Shown here: one piece after another, positions 15,347 to 24,355 of the stretch
Position numbering within the stretch: position 1 is the stretch's first letter
How the letters are laid out: each line of letters opens with the position of its first letter
Source: a virus
Taxonomy: Duplodnaviria; Heunggongvirae; Uroviricota; Caudoviricetes
DNA length: 33,168 nt
IMG/VR virus record: IMGVR_UViG_2974540528_000001
Location: 1 to 33,168 of that record
Strand: one strand, 5' to 3'
Position numbers and translations under genes: made by a program
The notes under the pieces: model-generated
Databases searched by the model: none
What the model saw: only the letters and a program-made list of their open reading frames with translations
What the model was told of the DNA's origin: nothing

Positions 15347-18300
15347 TTACGATATAACCCTCCCTCTCACTATCTGATGCACAAAGTAAGACGACAGCAT
15401 CTCAATCATCACTCTGTTATGGCTTGAGACAGTTGTTGGCATACCCGTCGCAAGACGTGGAGAGTGGTCATAAAAACGCCCTGATGAATAAGGATTAGCC
15501 AGGAAATCCTTTTCATATGCCTGAATACAGGCAAGCAGGGCATTACCGGTAGATACTCGTCGAACCAGCATCATTGTCAACGCCACACTAACTGGAGTTG
15601 AGATAATACCTCTACGACTTTCAGAAAGAATGAAGTCAATGGTGCGAATACGCCCATCACCACACAAACCCTGAAGTCCGTAGTTGACGTTGTTAAACAG
15701 AGGCGTTCCACCAAGTAACTCAGTCATCATGAGGTATTCAGGTGCCAGATCTATATCATAATTGTACCAACGGCTACGAGCCAATGACGTACTAACTGGC
15801 ATTGAATCCAGCATAGATGGTAAATAACGCCCAACGGTACTGCTATTAGTTAGGTTAGTCATCACCGTGTTATAGCACGACTGGTACGAACCATCAGTGT
15901 CCATTTCAGCGTGAATTGCTAGTGCTACAAGCATCATACTGTATATGTTGATGTTTACTGCATCACTGACAGAAGCTGACGTATACGTATTTGGCACACC
16001 CCCTTTTGCTGCGACTGCCGTCACCATCGCATCAGCCCAAGATTTAATATACGGTTGCATGGCCGTCATCGTTGTAGTATCACCAACGAACTCAGCTGCA
16101 CGATAGATAGAAACACAAGGCTTGAATACAGTAGCCACTAAGTCAGCTACATGCAGTACACCTTCTAAATATCGCGTTCCGATATTTGTGCTACGCCAGT
16201 TATCATCCCAGCACCGTTTAAATCTTGCCCATACTGCCGAAATATTAGGAGACGGCTTTTGCAGTTCACGATACGCAAGATATCCCCACGGGGTCTTCGC
16301 ATCATACTGTCCAGCATTCACATCCATACCACCGATCCCGGCTGAATCACCATTCATCCAGAAGTCAGCCACACCTTCAAGCAATTCACGAAGTTTACGC
16401 TCTGCTTCTTTAACTGCAAAGTTTGGAAGTTTGCCCTCACGAGCAAAACCAACCGGGCGGTTATAAACTTTCTTCGCAAGTGTCAGCGGGTCAGATTCTG
16501 TTTCATAGGCATTCAGCCAAATCTCGATTGGCCACGTCCAGTTTTTCTCTACTGGCCAGTTCAGTAAAGAGTAGTCAGTAAAGGAGTAGAATTGCCACCC
16601 GGTTGTGACACCTAGTGTCAAAGTCTGTGAATTATTGGTCATGGATATACCAGCAGTTCTTGTTGGCCCACCAGCTGTACCATCCCTATGTAAGTCACCA
16701 TTTACAATGGTAGGTACATAAGAGAATTTACCACCACCAGCAGTATTACCATTGGTAATTGCTGCTGCTGCTGATCCTGCATAGACAGGGGTTGTCCCGG
16801 ACTGATATGCAATATTTGAGCTAATGGTTTCGCCATACATTTTACCAACAGGGATTTCCTGAAGCGCTGTAACCGTATTCTTAACGATGACCACACCGTT
16901 CTTAAAGATACGATACCGTGTAGTGGCTTTAAGAATACCAGCCTCATAAATGGCACTGGCAGCATTGTAACCAATACGTTCAACCTCGGTAAAAAGTGGA
17001 CCGGAATTGATGACCTTCAGCGTAACGTTATTGGAGAAATACTCGATAACCTGAGCACCTGCGTTCACATAGCGATGCTGTGGGCTAAGTGTGCATCTGA
17101 TACGGTTGGTATCGTCATTTTTAGCAGCATCAATGGATGTAAGGCCATAAGCTCCACCAGCAAAAGCAAAACGATAATACAAATCGCCTACTTTAATGTT
17201 ATAACGCTTCAAGGCATCAGTAGGTGCATAATATTCAAGCCCCTCTGTATAAACAGTATCGTCGTAACGATAACCATAAATATCAACGTTATAATATTTC
17301 TTTTGACCTGCTGCTACAGAGTCAACGATCCATACTGAGCCAGTTTTGAACGATCCATCGGGGTGATAACCTTCATTTGACTGAAAGCGAAGGTTAACGA
17401 AGTCATCAGCAGAGAACTGAGCATCGAACACATTTCCATCTGAATCAGAAACCTTAATGCAGTTATGTCCATAGACCAAGCCTTCAGGGAAACTTACCTT
17501 TAATTCAATAAGCCCACTATAGTCAGCCGAGGTATCATTTGCTGCATCCGTAACAAAACGAGTAAATGGATTGTTATCAGACTCTAAACGAGAGATCCCA
17601 TTGTAATAAAGGATATCAGCATCAATGGTCAGATAAGCATTTACAGAAATGGTTACAGGTTCAGCACCTAATTTTGCCAGGAAAGTTGTTTTATACTGTG
17701 AAACGTCTGTACTTCTGTAATACAGATTGACATCATCAAAAGAATCATAGAAGTAGGATTTCACCCCTTCCTCTGTAAGGTCGTATCCAGCCCCAGTGAT
17801 AGCAGAATACGGGAATGTCAACGCAATCGCCGTTTCGCTCGGGGTACTACTACCATATAATGCGCAGTAGTTGCCATCAGTTCCATATTCACCAGGTGCC
17901 GCTGAAATAAACCCACCGGACTTATCAATAACAGCATAAGAAGTGATCGAGCTATAGGTATTGATAAGCGGAACATTAGTAAAAATTGCTCGGGCAACTG
18001 AATTGGTCGCATCAAGCAGCACTGTTTCAGGTCTTATTTTTGCCAACTGTACTGAGTGATAAGGTGAGTTCAGAACGTTGTCAGCGAAATATTCCGCAGG
18101 AAGCAATTCAGCTACAACAGTGGTTACACCACTTTGCAGCTCTGTAACTTTCAAAGTATTTTTCTGGTTACGGGCGTTTGACGTTTCAGCAGCGGACAGG
18201 GAGTTAATGCGTAAAACGGATTCTTTACCTACATTAACTACAGTGTCACCAGGTGCGGTAATGCTTGTAAAGGAAGTCAACGGGAGTGAGGAAAATTCTC

Positions 18301-19276
18301 CAAGTAAAGCATTGGTTCCACTAATCTTACCATCCAGCTCACTATAAGATTTATTTACTCTGTTTTCAACACCTGCTTCCGACGGTATTCTTGCTCCCGT
18401 TTCTTTCATCGTTCCTGAGGCGTTTATCACCTCTACAGAGAGCACGTTATCATCGGTGCTGCGGTAAAATGCAGTAGAGCCAACCAGAATATTTCCAGCG
18501 TCCGCATCAGCCTGCGCTGCCTCTAATGTTTCATATCCCCGGATAGTCTTTATAATCGCCCCAGCACTAGGTACAGCCGCAACTTCTTGAGCAACCCCTG
18601 CATTATTCTTGTAAACTTTGAACGCTACAGAACTACCACTTCCCTGAGGGACTTGGAAATATTGCCCATCCGTAGTTGCAGCAAGACCTTCACTAACAGA
18701 GGCATATAAGTTTCCCAGCTCAGAGGCCTGCAATACATATGCCTGAGCCTCATCTCTCGCATCCCCTGCTTGGTCTTTTGCCTCAACTGCTTCATTTTTG
18801 ATCTCGGTTACTTCATCTAGCAGACTTAGTCCGCCAACCGTAATCCATCCAGATCCTGTAGTGGATGGTGTTAACCCAGCAGACACAGATTTTGGAAAAG
18901 TACCCGACCATGTGTAACATTGCGCCCCCGACATATGCCAAATAGCATCGGTTGTGTAGGTAAGGGTCGCTCCTTCCTCAAAAGAACCGTCCACAAGTGT
19001 CAAACCAAGGTCGTGCAGTGCTCTTCTCCAAAGCTCTCTTGTGTTTGCGCGGTCGGTATCAAGACTCTTCTGAACTCCCTGTCCATCTTCTGTGCCGATA
19101 ATAGCAGCCCCACCAAGTCCTGTCAAGGATGATTTATTTGCCAAGTCAAGGTCTGAGATAACCTGAAAGGCAGTGGCCTTTTTGGTCTTATCTGGTTGTT
19201 CTACAACAAGGTAGTCGTCTCCGACCACTTGGGTTGCGGAGGGTAACTCCGCAATTTTAATTGTATCAAAGGCCAT
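15347..19276 (-). CDS. large tail spike / receptor-binding protein, putative polysaccharide-degrading enzyme (1309 aa)
   Basis: True start ATG 19276 (GGAGGG RBS). Has the N-terminal KIAELPSAT module, a tailspike head domain (RELWRR...LVDGSFEEGATL...YTWSGTFPK), YASVSEGLAATTDGQYF and YETLEAAQADADAGNI repeats typical of enterobacterial phage spikes, and a large C-terminal beta plus alpha-helical region. Confidence 0.85.
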   Translation of the reverse strand: MAFDTIKIAELPSATQVVGDDYLVVEQPDKTKKATAFQVISDLDLANKSSLTGLGGAAIIGTEDGQGVQKSLDTDRANTRELWRRALHDLGLTLVDGSFEEGATLTYTTDAIWHMSGAQCYTWSGTFPKSVSAGLTPSTTGSGWITVGGLSLLDEVTEIKNEAVEAKDQAGDARDEAQAYVLQASELGNLYASVSEGLAATTDGQYFQVPQGSGSSVAFKVYKNNAGVAQEVAAVPSAGAIIKTIRGYETLEAAQADADAGNILVGSTAFYRSTDDNVLSVEVINASGTMKETGARIPSEAGVENRVNKSYSELDGKISGTNALLGEFSSLPLTSFTSITAPGDTVVNVGKESVLRINSLSAAETSNARNQKNTLKVTELQSGVTTVVAELLPAEYFADNVLNSPYHSVQLAKIRPETVLLDATNSVARAIFTNVPLINTYSSITSYAVIDKSGGFISAAPGEYGTDGNYCALYGSSTPSETAIALTFPYSAITGAGYDLTEEGVKSYFYDSFDDVNLYYRSTDVSQYKTTFLAKLGAEPVTISVNAYLTIDADILYYNGISRLESDNNPFTRFVTDAANDTSADYSGLIELKVSFPEGLVYGHNCIKVSDSDGNVFDAQFSADDFVNLRFQSNEGYHPDGSFKTGSVWIVDSVAAGQKKYYNVDIYGYRYDDTVYTEGLEYYAPTDALKRYNIKVGDLYYRFAFAGGAYGLTSIDAAKNDDTNRIRCTLSPQHRYVNAGAQVIEYFSNNVTLKVINSGPLFTEVERIGYNAASAIYEAGILKATTRYRIFKNGVVIVKNTVTALQEIPVGKMYGETISSNIAYQSGTTPVYAGSAAAAITNGNTAGGGKFSYVPTIVNGDLHRDGTAGGPTRTAGISMTNNSQTLTLGVTTGWQFYSFTDYSLLNWPVEKNWTWPIEIWLNAYETESDPLTLAKKVYNRPVGFAREGKLPNFAVKEAERKLRELLEGVADFWMNGDSAGIGGMDVNAGQYDAKTPWGYLAYRELQKPSPNISAVWARFKRCWDDNWRSTNIGTRYLEGVLHVADLVATVFKPCVSIYRAAEFVGDTTTMTAMQPYIKSWADAMVTAVAAKGGVPNTYTSASVSDAVNINIYSMMLVALAIHAEMDTDGSYQSCYNTVMTNLTNSSTVGRYLPSMLDSMPVSTSLARSRWYNYDIDLAPEYLMMTELLGGTPLFNNVNYGLQGLCGDGRIRTIDFILSESRRGIISTPVSVALTMMLVRRVSTGNALLACIQAYEKDFLANPYSSGRFYDHSPRLATGMPTTVSSHNRVMIEMLSSYFVHQIVRGRVIS

Positions 19277-19296
19277 TTTTTGCCCTCCAAGAAGTT

Positions 19297-19325
19297 TATT
19301 TAGAGTAGTCAATGATGACTGTCAA
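19297..19325 (-). promoter_or_regulatory. possible sigma70 promoter for the large spike gene
   Basis: TTGACA, 17 bp, TAAATA on the - strand; perfect -35, imperfect -10. Confidence 0.4.
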
Positions 19326-19474
19326 TAGTTGTTAAAGCTTTGCATGGCAAAGATGGGCCATCATATCTGCTACGGCAGGTTTTTCTTCACTAATCATTGC
19401 AGGCTATAGCCGGTGTGAATCTTTGCGTATGTCATATATTACCTATGATTATTCACTATATGACTTAATAATCA

Positions 19475-19741
19475 TTATGATAGATAAACCTGTAAGGCGC
19501 GCTCTGCTTCAGATATTATATTACTGAGATCGATGAACTCAAAAGAAAATAGCCCGTTACCTGTTTGCTCAACGCCTTGGACTGATGTTGTATAGGTTAC
19601 TGTTGCGCTATTTCCGCGAATATCTGTAATACCGACAACAGTGTAGGTAACTTCAATGTTTTCAACTTCAGCAGGGCAGGTTATACCAAGCCCTGGGATC
19701 TGTTTAAACGTATTAAATTGTTTATTTAATGTAAATGACAT
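19475..19741 (-). CDS. small spike-associated protein (88 aa), possible chaperone/accessory subunit
   Basis: Starts 1 bp after the depolymerase stop; beta-rich. Resembles small ORFs I recall downstream of Klebsiella phage depolymerases. Confidence 0.6.
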   Translation of the reverse strand: MSFTLNKQFNTFKQIPGLGITCPAEVENIEVTYTVVGITDIRGNSATVTYTTSVQGVEQTGNGLFSFEFIDLSNIISEAERALQVYLS

Positions 19742-19742
19742 A

Positions 19743-21563
19743 TTATACCCCGTTCACTCTTGAAATTTCAGTCCACCCCTGACGAAACGCAAAGTTTGTC
19801 GCCATGAGAGTTATCGTACACGCCGCAGTTACTGCACCACCAGGTAGGAATATATTCCCGCCCGTAACCAGGCGGTTTGCCGTATCAGGACAACGAACAA
19901 CCATCTTCTTACCAGTATGGCAGTAACCAAGGCTGCTAACTAAACCACTGGCCTGGAAAACGTATCCCTCATCTATGCCAATGGGGTCGTATCCACTAAC
20001 CAGTGAGCCAACGGCGTTCTGATTGTTTTGTAACTTCAGTACAATCTTGGATTTTCTCCGTGACTCGGTAGTCATATCAGCATTAACATGAATCAAGCCT
20101 GTAACCGCCCCCTGCTGCTGTTTGACTGTAATGTCAGCCTTGACACTTGAACCAGTGACATTAAACAAGGCAGTCTGGTTTGCTGCTGTAATAGTTCCAA
20201 GCACTGTCAGGTCATCGATGGTCACTTGGCAATCGTATAGAATATCAATGAACCTGTTTGGGTCTGCCACTCTCGGTGCCTTAATGTTCACTACGGCATC
20301 ATTTTCGATACTAATCGGAGCAACCCCATTATCACCTAGTCCATTGACATGCATCATGTCGATGTCGATAACGGCACCCACGCAGCGAGTTGCAGAAACC
20401 CAGTTATCACGGTGTATCCTGAACCATTTTTTTGCAGTTTGCCCTGAAGTATCCGAAGGACTCATGTAAGAACCACCGCGTAATGATAAATGACGCGAGT
20501 TGCTTTCAATAAACCATTCGGTGATGTTCGCCGGGTGGCTGACAAACGGATTATCTATTTTGATAGATTCTGCCAACGTGCCATTGATGGATACGACTGG
20601 GTATTTAGCTCCAGAAGCCGCACCTCTAGAGTTATTCTCAAATTTAGGCATAGATGTAAATGCGATGTTGTTTGACCGCCCAGTAATCGAAATAACGCCA
20701 GTAAGGTTGTTCTCAAAATGAGGTGCAATGAATCTGATAGCGTTGCAGTTATCGTATTTCCCTCTGAACATGATGGGATGTGTAAAGATATCACTAGCAT
20801 TAGCTGGATTATGTAGATTACCACAACTGTTGATACGTAAGTTATAGAACTGAGTATCAAAAAGGTCATCAGCAACGATAGCAGAAAGCCCAGCACTCCA
20901 TACATGTACCGTATCAAAAACACAATCCCAACCAACACCACCCAGATAAAACACCGGGCGTAAAGTAACGCCATCACCCAGGAAAGTAAAGTTTCGCAGG
21001 TGAACTTCAAATAAGGTTCTTGTGGCGTTGCTTACCCATGATGGGCTGGAGAAATCGAAGAAGTACTTATATTGCAGCTCAGAAGAATTTGCTTCTGGGT
21101 GCGGAGTGAATACGGTCTGATACATCCCTGACCCTTCCCAGTACACAGTACCTTTTGTGACTTTTACCGTTTGTTTTAGGTAGTATTTTTTAGCCGCAAA
21201 CCTGATCCCTACGCGTGGGGCGCGAGTGGTGGTTCCGCTGTTAATTGACTCAGCAAAATTTACTGCGGCCTGGAATGCTATTGCGTCGTCGTAAACACCG
21301 TCCCCTTTGGCTCCAAACATTTCAAGAGTGACCCAGTAAATGGCGTCTGCAACCGTACCTCCTTTCGGTAAACCCACCTTACTCGCTCCATCAGGCTGGG
21401 CCAAAGCCGCCAGCACCGACTGTTCAACGGTATCTTCAAGGTGGCTAAAAACTTGAAATAAAGTTGCCTTCTTTGTATTGTCTGGTTGATCAACTACGAT
21501 CAGGTCATCTTCTGTTAGAGTGGTCGCACTTGGCAACTCTGAAATTTTAACACTCTGTAGCAT
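19743..21563 (-). CDS. tail spike depolymerase with parallel beta-helix (pectate-lyase-3-like) domain (606 aa)
   Basis: VTLEMFGAKGDGVYDDAIAFQAAVN is the canonical beta-helix N-cap; followed by Asn/Ile/Val ladders; N-terminal KISELPSAT module. Confidence 0.9.
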   Translation of the reverse strand: MLQSVKISELPSATTLTEDDLIVVDQPDNTKKATLFQVFSHLEDTVEQSVLAALAQPDGASKVGLPKGGTVADAIYWVTLEMFGAKGDGVYDDAIAFQAAVNFAESINSGTTTRAPRVGIRFAAKKYYLKQTVKVTKGTVYWEGSGMYQTVFTPHPEANSSELQYKYFFDFSSPSWVSNATRTLFEVHLRNFTFLGDGVTLRPVFYLGGVGWDCVFDTVHVWSAGLSAIVADDLFDTQFYNLRINSCGNLHNPANASDIFTHPIMFRGKYDNCNAIRFIAPHFENNLTGVISITGRSNNIAFTSMPKFENNSRGAASGAKYPVVSINGTLAESIKIDNPFVSHPANITEWFIESNSRHLSLRGGSYMSPSDTSGQTAKKWFRIHRDNWVSATRCVGAVIDIDMMHVNGLGDNGVAPISIENDAVVNIKAPRVADPNRFIDILYDCQVTIDDLTVLGTITAANQTALFNVTGSSVKADITVKQQQGAVTGLIHVNADMTTESRRKSKIVLKLQNNQNAVGSLVSGYDPIGIDEGYVFQASGLVSSLGYCHTGKKMVVRCPDTANRLVTGGNIFLPGGAVTAACTITLMATNFAFRQGWTEISRVNGV

Positions 21564-21595
21564 CTTTTATTTACCCCTCTTCTTAACATTAGTAC

Positions 21596-21624
21596 ATTTT
21601 ACCACAAAGTTCAAAGATTTAAAA
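21596..21624 (-). promoter_or_regulatory. extended -10 promoter upstream of the depolymerase gene
   Basis: TGTGG-TAAAAT on the - strand with a weak -35 (TTTTAA), in an AT-rich intergenic gap. Confidence 0.55.
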
Positions 21625-21683
21625 GAACAATGGTCTGCCTTAGGTAGCACAGACCTAAAAGAAATCTTGAATTGTAATAATTT

Positions 21684-22298
21684 TTATTTTATGGTGTTTA
21701 TCGTCTTATCAGCGGGGGTGACTACCGGATCACTTTTTCTGGTCAGAAGGGTCCCTGGTGGTACAGGGTTTGCCATATCACCCGCCCAAGTATTCCACCA
21801 AGTTGCATCACCAGTCTTAGGTAATCTAAAATTGATAAGGTAGTATAACTTATTCCCCCAAGGTATCCAACCCTCATCTCCGCAAAGTGTTGTTGTTTCA
21901 GGGTTTGGCGTCGGGTAGTAGTAATCATCAGCACCCACGAAGGCTATTCTTACAATCTCCTGCTCTTTTGTTAAGACTTCAAAAAAGGCAGAATAGCTTC
22001 TTGTTGTATGGTCCATTACAGACTGGAAATCTGCAATTTCTAAAACATCCGGTTCAAGACGGGTTATTTCCTTTATCTTATTATCAAGGACCGTCTTCAT
22101 AACTTTTTTACTTATGTAGGTTCTGTATGGAAATCCAAAGGTCTCATCAAAATACCAATCCCCTGCCCACACATTAAACCTTAGCCATAAGCGCTGTCGT
22201 AGACTTACCTGATTGGATTCTATCAACTGGAGGCCTGTAGAAACATCAAGATCTCCAGTAACAGGATCCATCAAGAAGTCAGAATAAAGAGTTGCCAT
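21684..22298 (-). CDS. baseplate wedge subunit (gp25/gpW-like) with C-terminal extension (204 aa)
   Basis: DPVTGDL...RQRLWLRF..WAGDWYFDETFGFPY pattern; follows the spike gene. Confidence 0.8.
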   Translation of the reverse strand: MATLYSDFLMDPVTGDLDVSTGLQLIESNQVSLRQRLWLRFNVWAGDWYFDETFGFPYRTYISKKVMKTVLDNKIKEITRLEPDVLEIADFQSVMDHTTRSYSAFFEVLTKEQEIVRIAFVGADDYYYPTPNPETTTLCGDEGWIPWGNKLYYLINFRLPKTGDATWWNTWAGDMANPVPPGTLLTRKSDPVVTPADKTINTIK

Positions 22299-22307
22299 CT
22301 ATTCCCC

Positions 22308-23009
22308 TTATGCATTTGGAACATCGGTATTGTTCTGACCACCATCATCTGTCCAAGTATAGTGATGTGTATGGCGAATAAAATAATCATAAAAATCATT
22401 CATATTTACACCACGCGCAGTAATAATATTACCATCAGGGGTGACTTGAGCGCCATTCATCTTAATCGTACCACCAGATTCTGCTGTCAGGTTTGCCGCC
22501 CCATTATCGAACTTGAAATTCCCAGATTGGTCAACTACTAATTTACCTACTGGCGTCTCCAGCGTGAAATCACCCGCAGGCGTCATTGAGAAATGCACCT
22601 TGTCGTTCCAAAGTTCAACATTGTCTGGATCGATCGTCATGGCATTCCCATCGCTGTGAACACCAATTATCGCCCACCCAGGAAACATATTGTGAGTTGT
22701 CTGGTCATTATTATCATTCTCATTTCTTTCTGAGAAGCTCAGACCCACAATATCACCAGGTTTCACAGGAATCGTTAGGCGGGCTTTTCCTCCATTACCT
22801 GAAGGCATTGATAGGGGAACATCAAAAACAGAACCATAGGCATCCACGGTGCCATCTGGGAAGTTTGTACTTGCAAGGGGCTGAACTGTTGCAGACGGGA
22901 TGCTATAGTCTACATCAACTACCGTTGCCCTTAGCCCTGTGTGAATATCTCTGGCCTGTTTTGCAAACCATTGATTAAGGGCTGCATCCATACGGGTTAT
23001 TGCTGCCAT
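22308..23009 (-). CDS. baseplate central spike (gpV/gp138-like, 233 aa)
   Basis: TAATG-coupled start at 23009; OB-like N-terminus (ATVVDVD..ATVQP, IPVKPGDIVGLSFSER), beta-repeat needle, C-terminal HTH (HxH) metal-binding tip. Confidence 0.9.
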   Translation of the reverse strand: MAAITRMDAALNQWFAKQARDIHTGLRATVVDVDYSIPSATVQPLASTNFPDGTVDAYGSVFDVPLSMPSGNGGKARLTIPVKPGDIVGLSFSERNENDNNDQTTHNMFPGWAIIGVHSDGNAMTIDPDNVELWNDKVHFSMTPAGDFTLETPVGKLVVDQSGNFKFDNGAANLTAESGGTIKMNGAQVTPDGNIITARGVNMNDFYDYFIRHTHHYTWTDDGGQNNTDVPNA

Positions 23010-23998
23010 TAGGCCTCCACAATTCCACCACGGGTTTCTGCAAGTCCTAACTCTGTGATCCAATCCCCACCTTCGAGTTGGCCTTTGTGAGTTAAGTATA
23101 CAACCTTGTAAAAACCTGTGTATTTCTGGCTCTTTAAAAATACAGTTGATTCTGGTATGATTGCACCATTCATTTCTGTTACCACCACCAACCCCGCGTC
23201 CTCTTTTATCTCTGCGGAAGTGGGTACGTGAGGCTTAGAGGATTTTTTCTTAGACTTGGCCCTTTTTTCCTTTCTCCTCTTTGCAGGCTCAGGGTTCTGT
23301 GGCGTTGGTGAATCATGCATTCCAGATTCAGCACTGATCTCAAAAACTGCCCTTTGAAATCTTTTCCCTTGCGTGGTCCAATATACAGCCCCATCTTGAA
23401 CACTGAAAGTAGATCCTGTATTCTTGGCTAATCTCTCTAAGTTATTTGCGGCAAGTCCTGTAAAGGACATAGAGTGCTGGAGCGTTTGGTCGCCAAACTT
23501 GACGATCTTCCCAATGGGGAGCTTCATATCAGAAGCAAGGTCACTGACCACCGTGTCTATTGGCGTACCTTTCTTATAAGAGCGAGAGGTCTTTGCCGTT
23601 TTAATATTTACTGTTGCATCCCCGAGGATCATCTTTGTCTGACGGGTATTGCCGTCCCACTTATCCTGAACAAACTCTACGGTCCCAGAAAAGATAGTCT
23701 GATTCTCGCCATCAAACCCGGCCTCAAGAACGATCGCAATGGACTCACGTTGGTTAGCATCGAGGTAGCTCACCGTCTCATCGGAGAGGTTGTAGATGGT
23801 AACATAACCCTTATTAGGCTCCTTCGAATTGTCCTTCTTGACCTCAAACTCGATGTTTGCGGCACCAGTTTCATTACTGATATAATACGCATCTTTAGCA
23901 TTCTGGTTGGTATAGTCCGATATATTGGTAGGCTTTTCACCAACATACACTGGTTTACCTATCGTCAGCTTATAGGTTCTTGTTCTGTAAGCAGGCAT
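23009..23998 (-). CDS. baseplate hub protein (329 aa)
   Basis: Sits between the tail-tip genes and the spike; ITIYNLS..., LEAGFDG..IFSG, FSVQDG and H.G...GGDW.TE are hub motifs. Confidence 0.85.
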   Translation of the reverse strand: MPAYRTRTYKLTIGKPVYVGEKPTNISDYTNQNAKDAYYISNETGAANIEFEVKKDNSKEPNKGYVTIYNLSDETVSYLDANQRESIAIVLEAGFDGENQTIFSGTVEFVQDKWDGNTRQTKMILGDATVNIKTAKTSRSYKKGTPIDTVVSDLASDMKLPIGKIVKFGDQTLQHSMSFTGLAANNLERLAKNTGSTFSVQDGAVYWTTQGKRFQRAVFEISAESGMHDSPTPQNPEPAKRRKEKRAKSKKKSSKPHVPTSAEIKEDAGLVVVTEMNGAIIPESTVFLKSQKYTGFYKVVYLTHKGQLEGGDWITELGLAETRGGIVEA

Positions 23999-24001
23999 TG
24001 T

Positions 24002-24355
24002 TTACTCCTCATCGGTTGTTACCTCATCATCAGGAGACGAGTAAAGTAGTTGCAAGTCTGACAAAAATCCAATATTGTATCTCCCTACACGTTTAGTGGA
24101 TTGAGTAAAAGAAAATACTCTCAACTGACCATCGGGAATATTGTCAAGATATTTGAAAGGCGCGAATATATCGAAAATTGTAGTTAATTTGAAAGATATT
24201 GTAGGCTCAGAACCCACATCCCCGAAATAGACAAGCCAAGACTCGTCTCTTTCGTTCCATTGAAAACGCATTTCATAAGTTTGGCTGTCCAGAACCACAC
24301 GCATCGTCTGATCAGCAAAACCGTCTATGTCCCAAGAAAATGTGATCGCTGCCAT
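24002..24355 (-). CDS. baseplate/tail-tip organisation protein (117 aa)
   Basis: VVLDSQTYEMRFQWNERDESW pattern; conserved position before the hub. Confidence 0.7.
   Translation of the reverse strand: MAAITFSWDIDGFADQTMRVVLDSQTYEMRFQWNERDESWLVYFGDVGSEPTISFKLTTIFDIFAPFKYLDNIPDGQLRVFSFTQSTKRVGRYNIGFLSDLQLLYSSPDDEVTTDEE

Noticed and set aside
19345-19410. 21-codon + strand ORF (MAKMGHHICYGR...) in the long intergenic gap
   Set aside because: Very short, no RBS, antisense to the operon.
22330-22380. HTHH motif in the spike as a novel metal site
   Set aside because: This is the well-known HxH iron-binding tip of gpV/gp138-type spikes.
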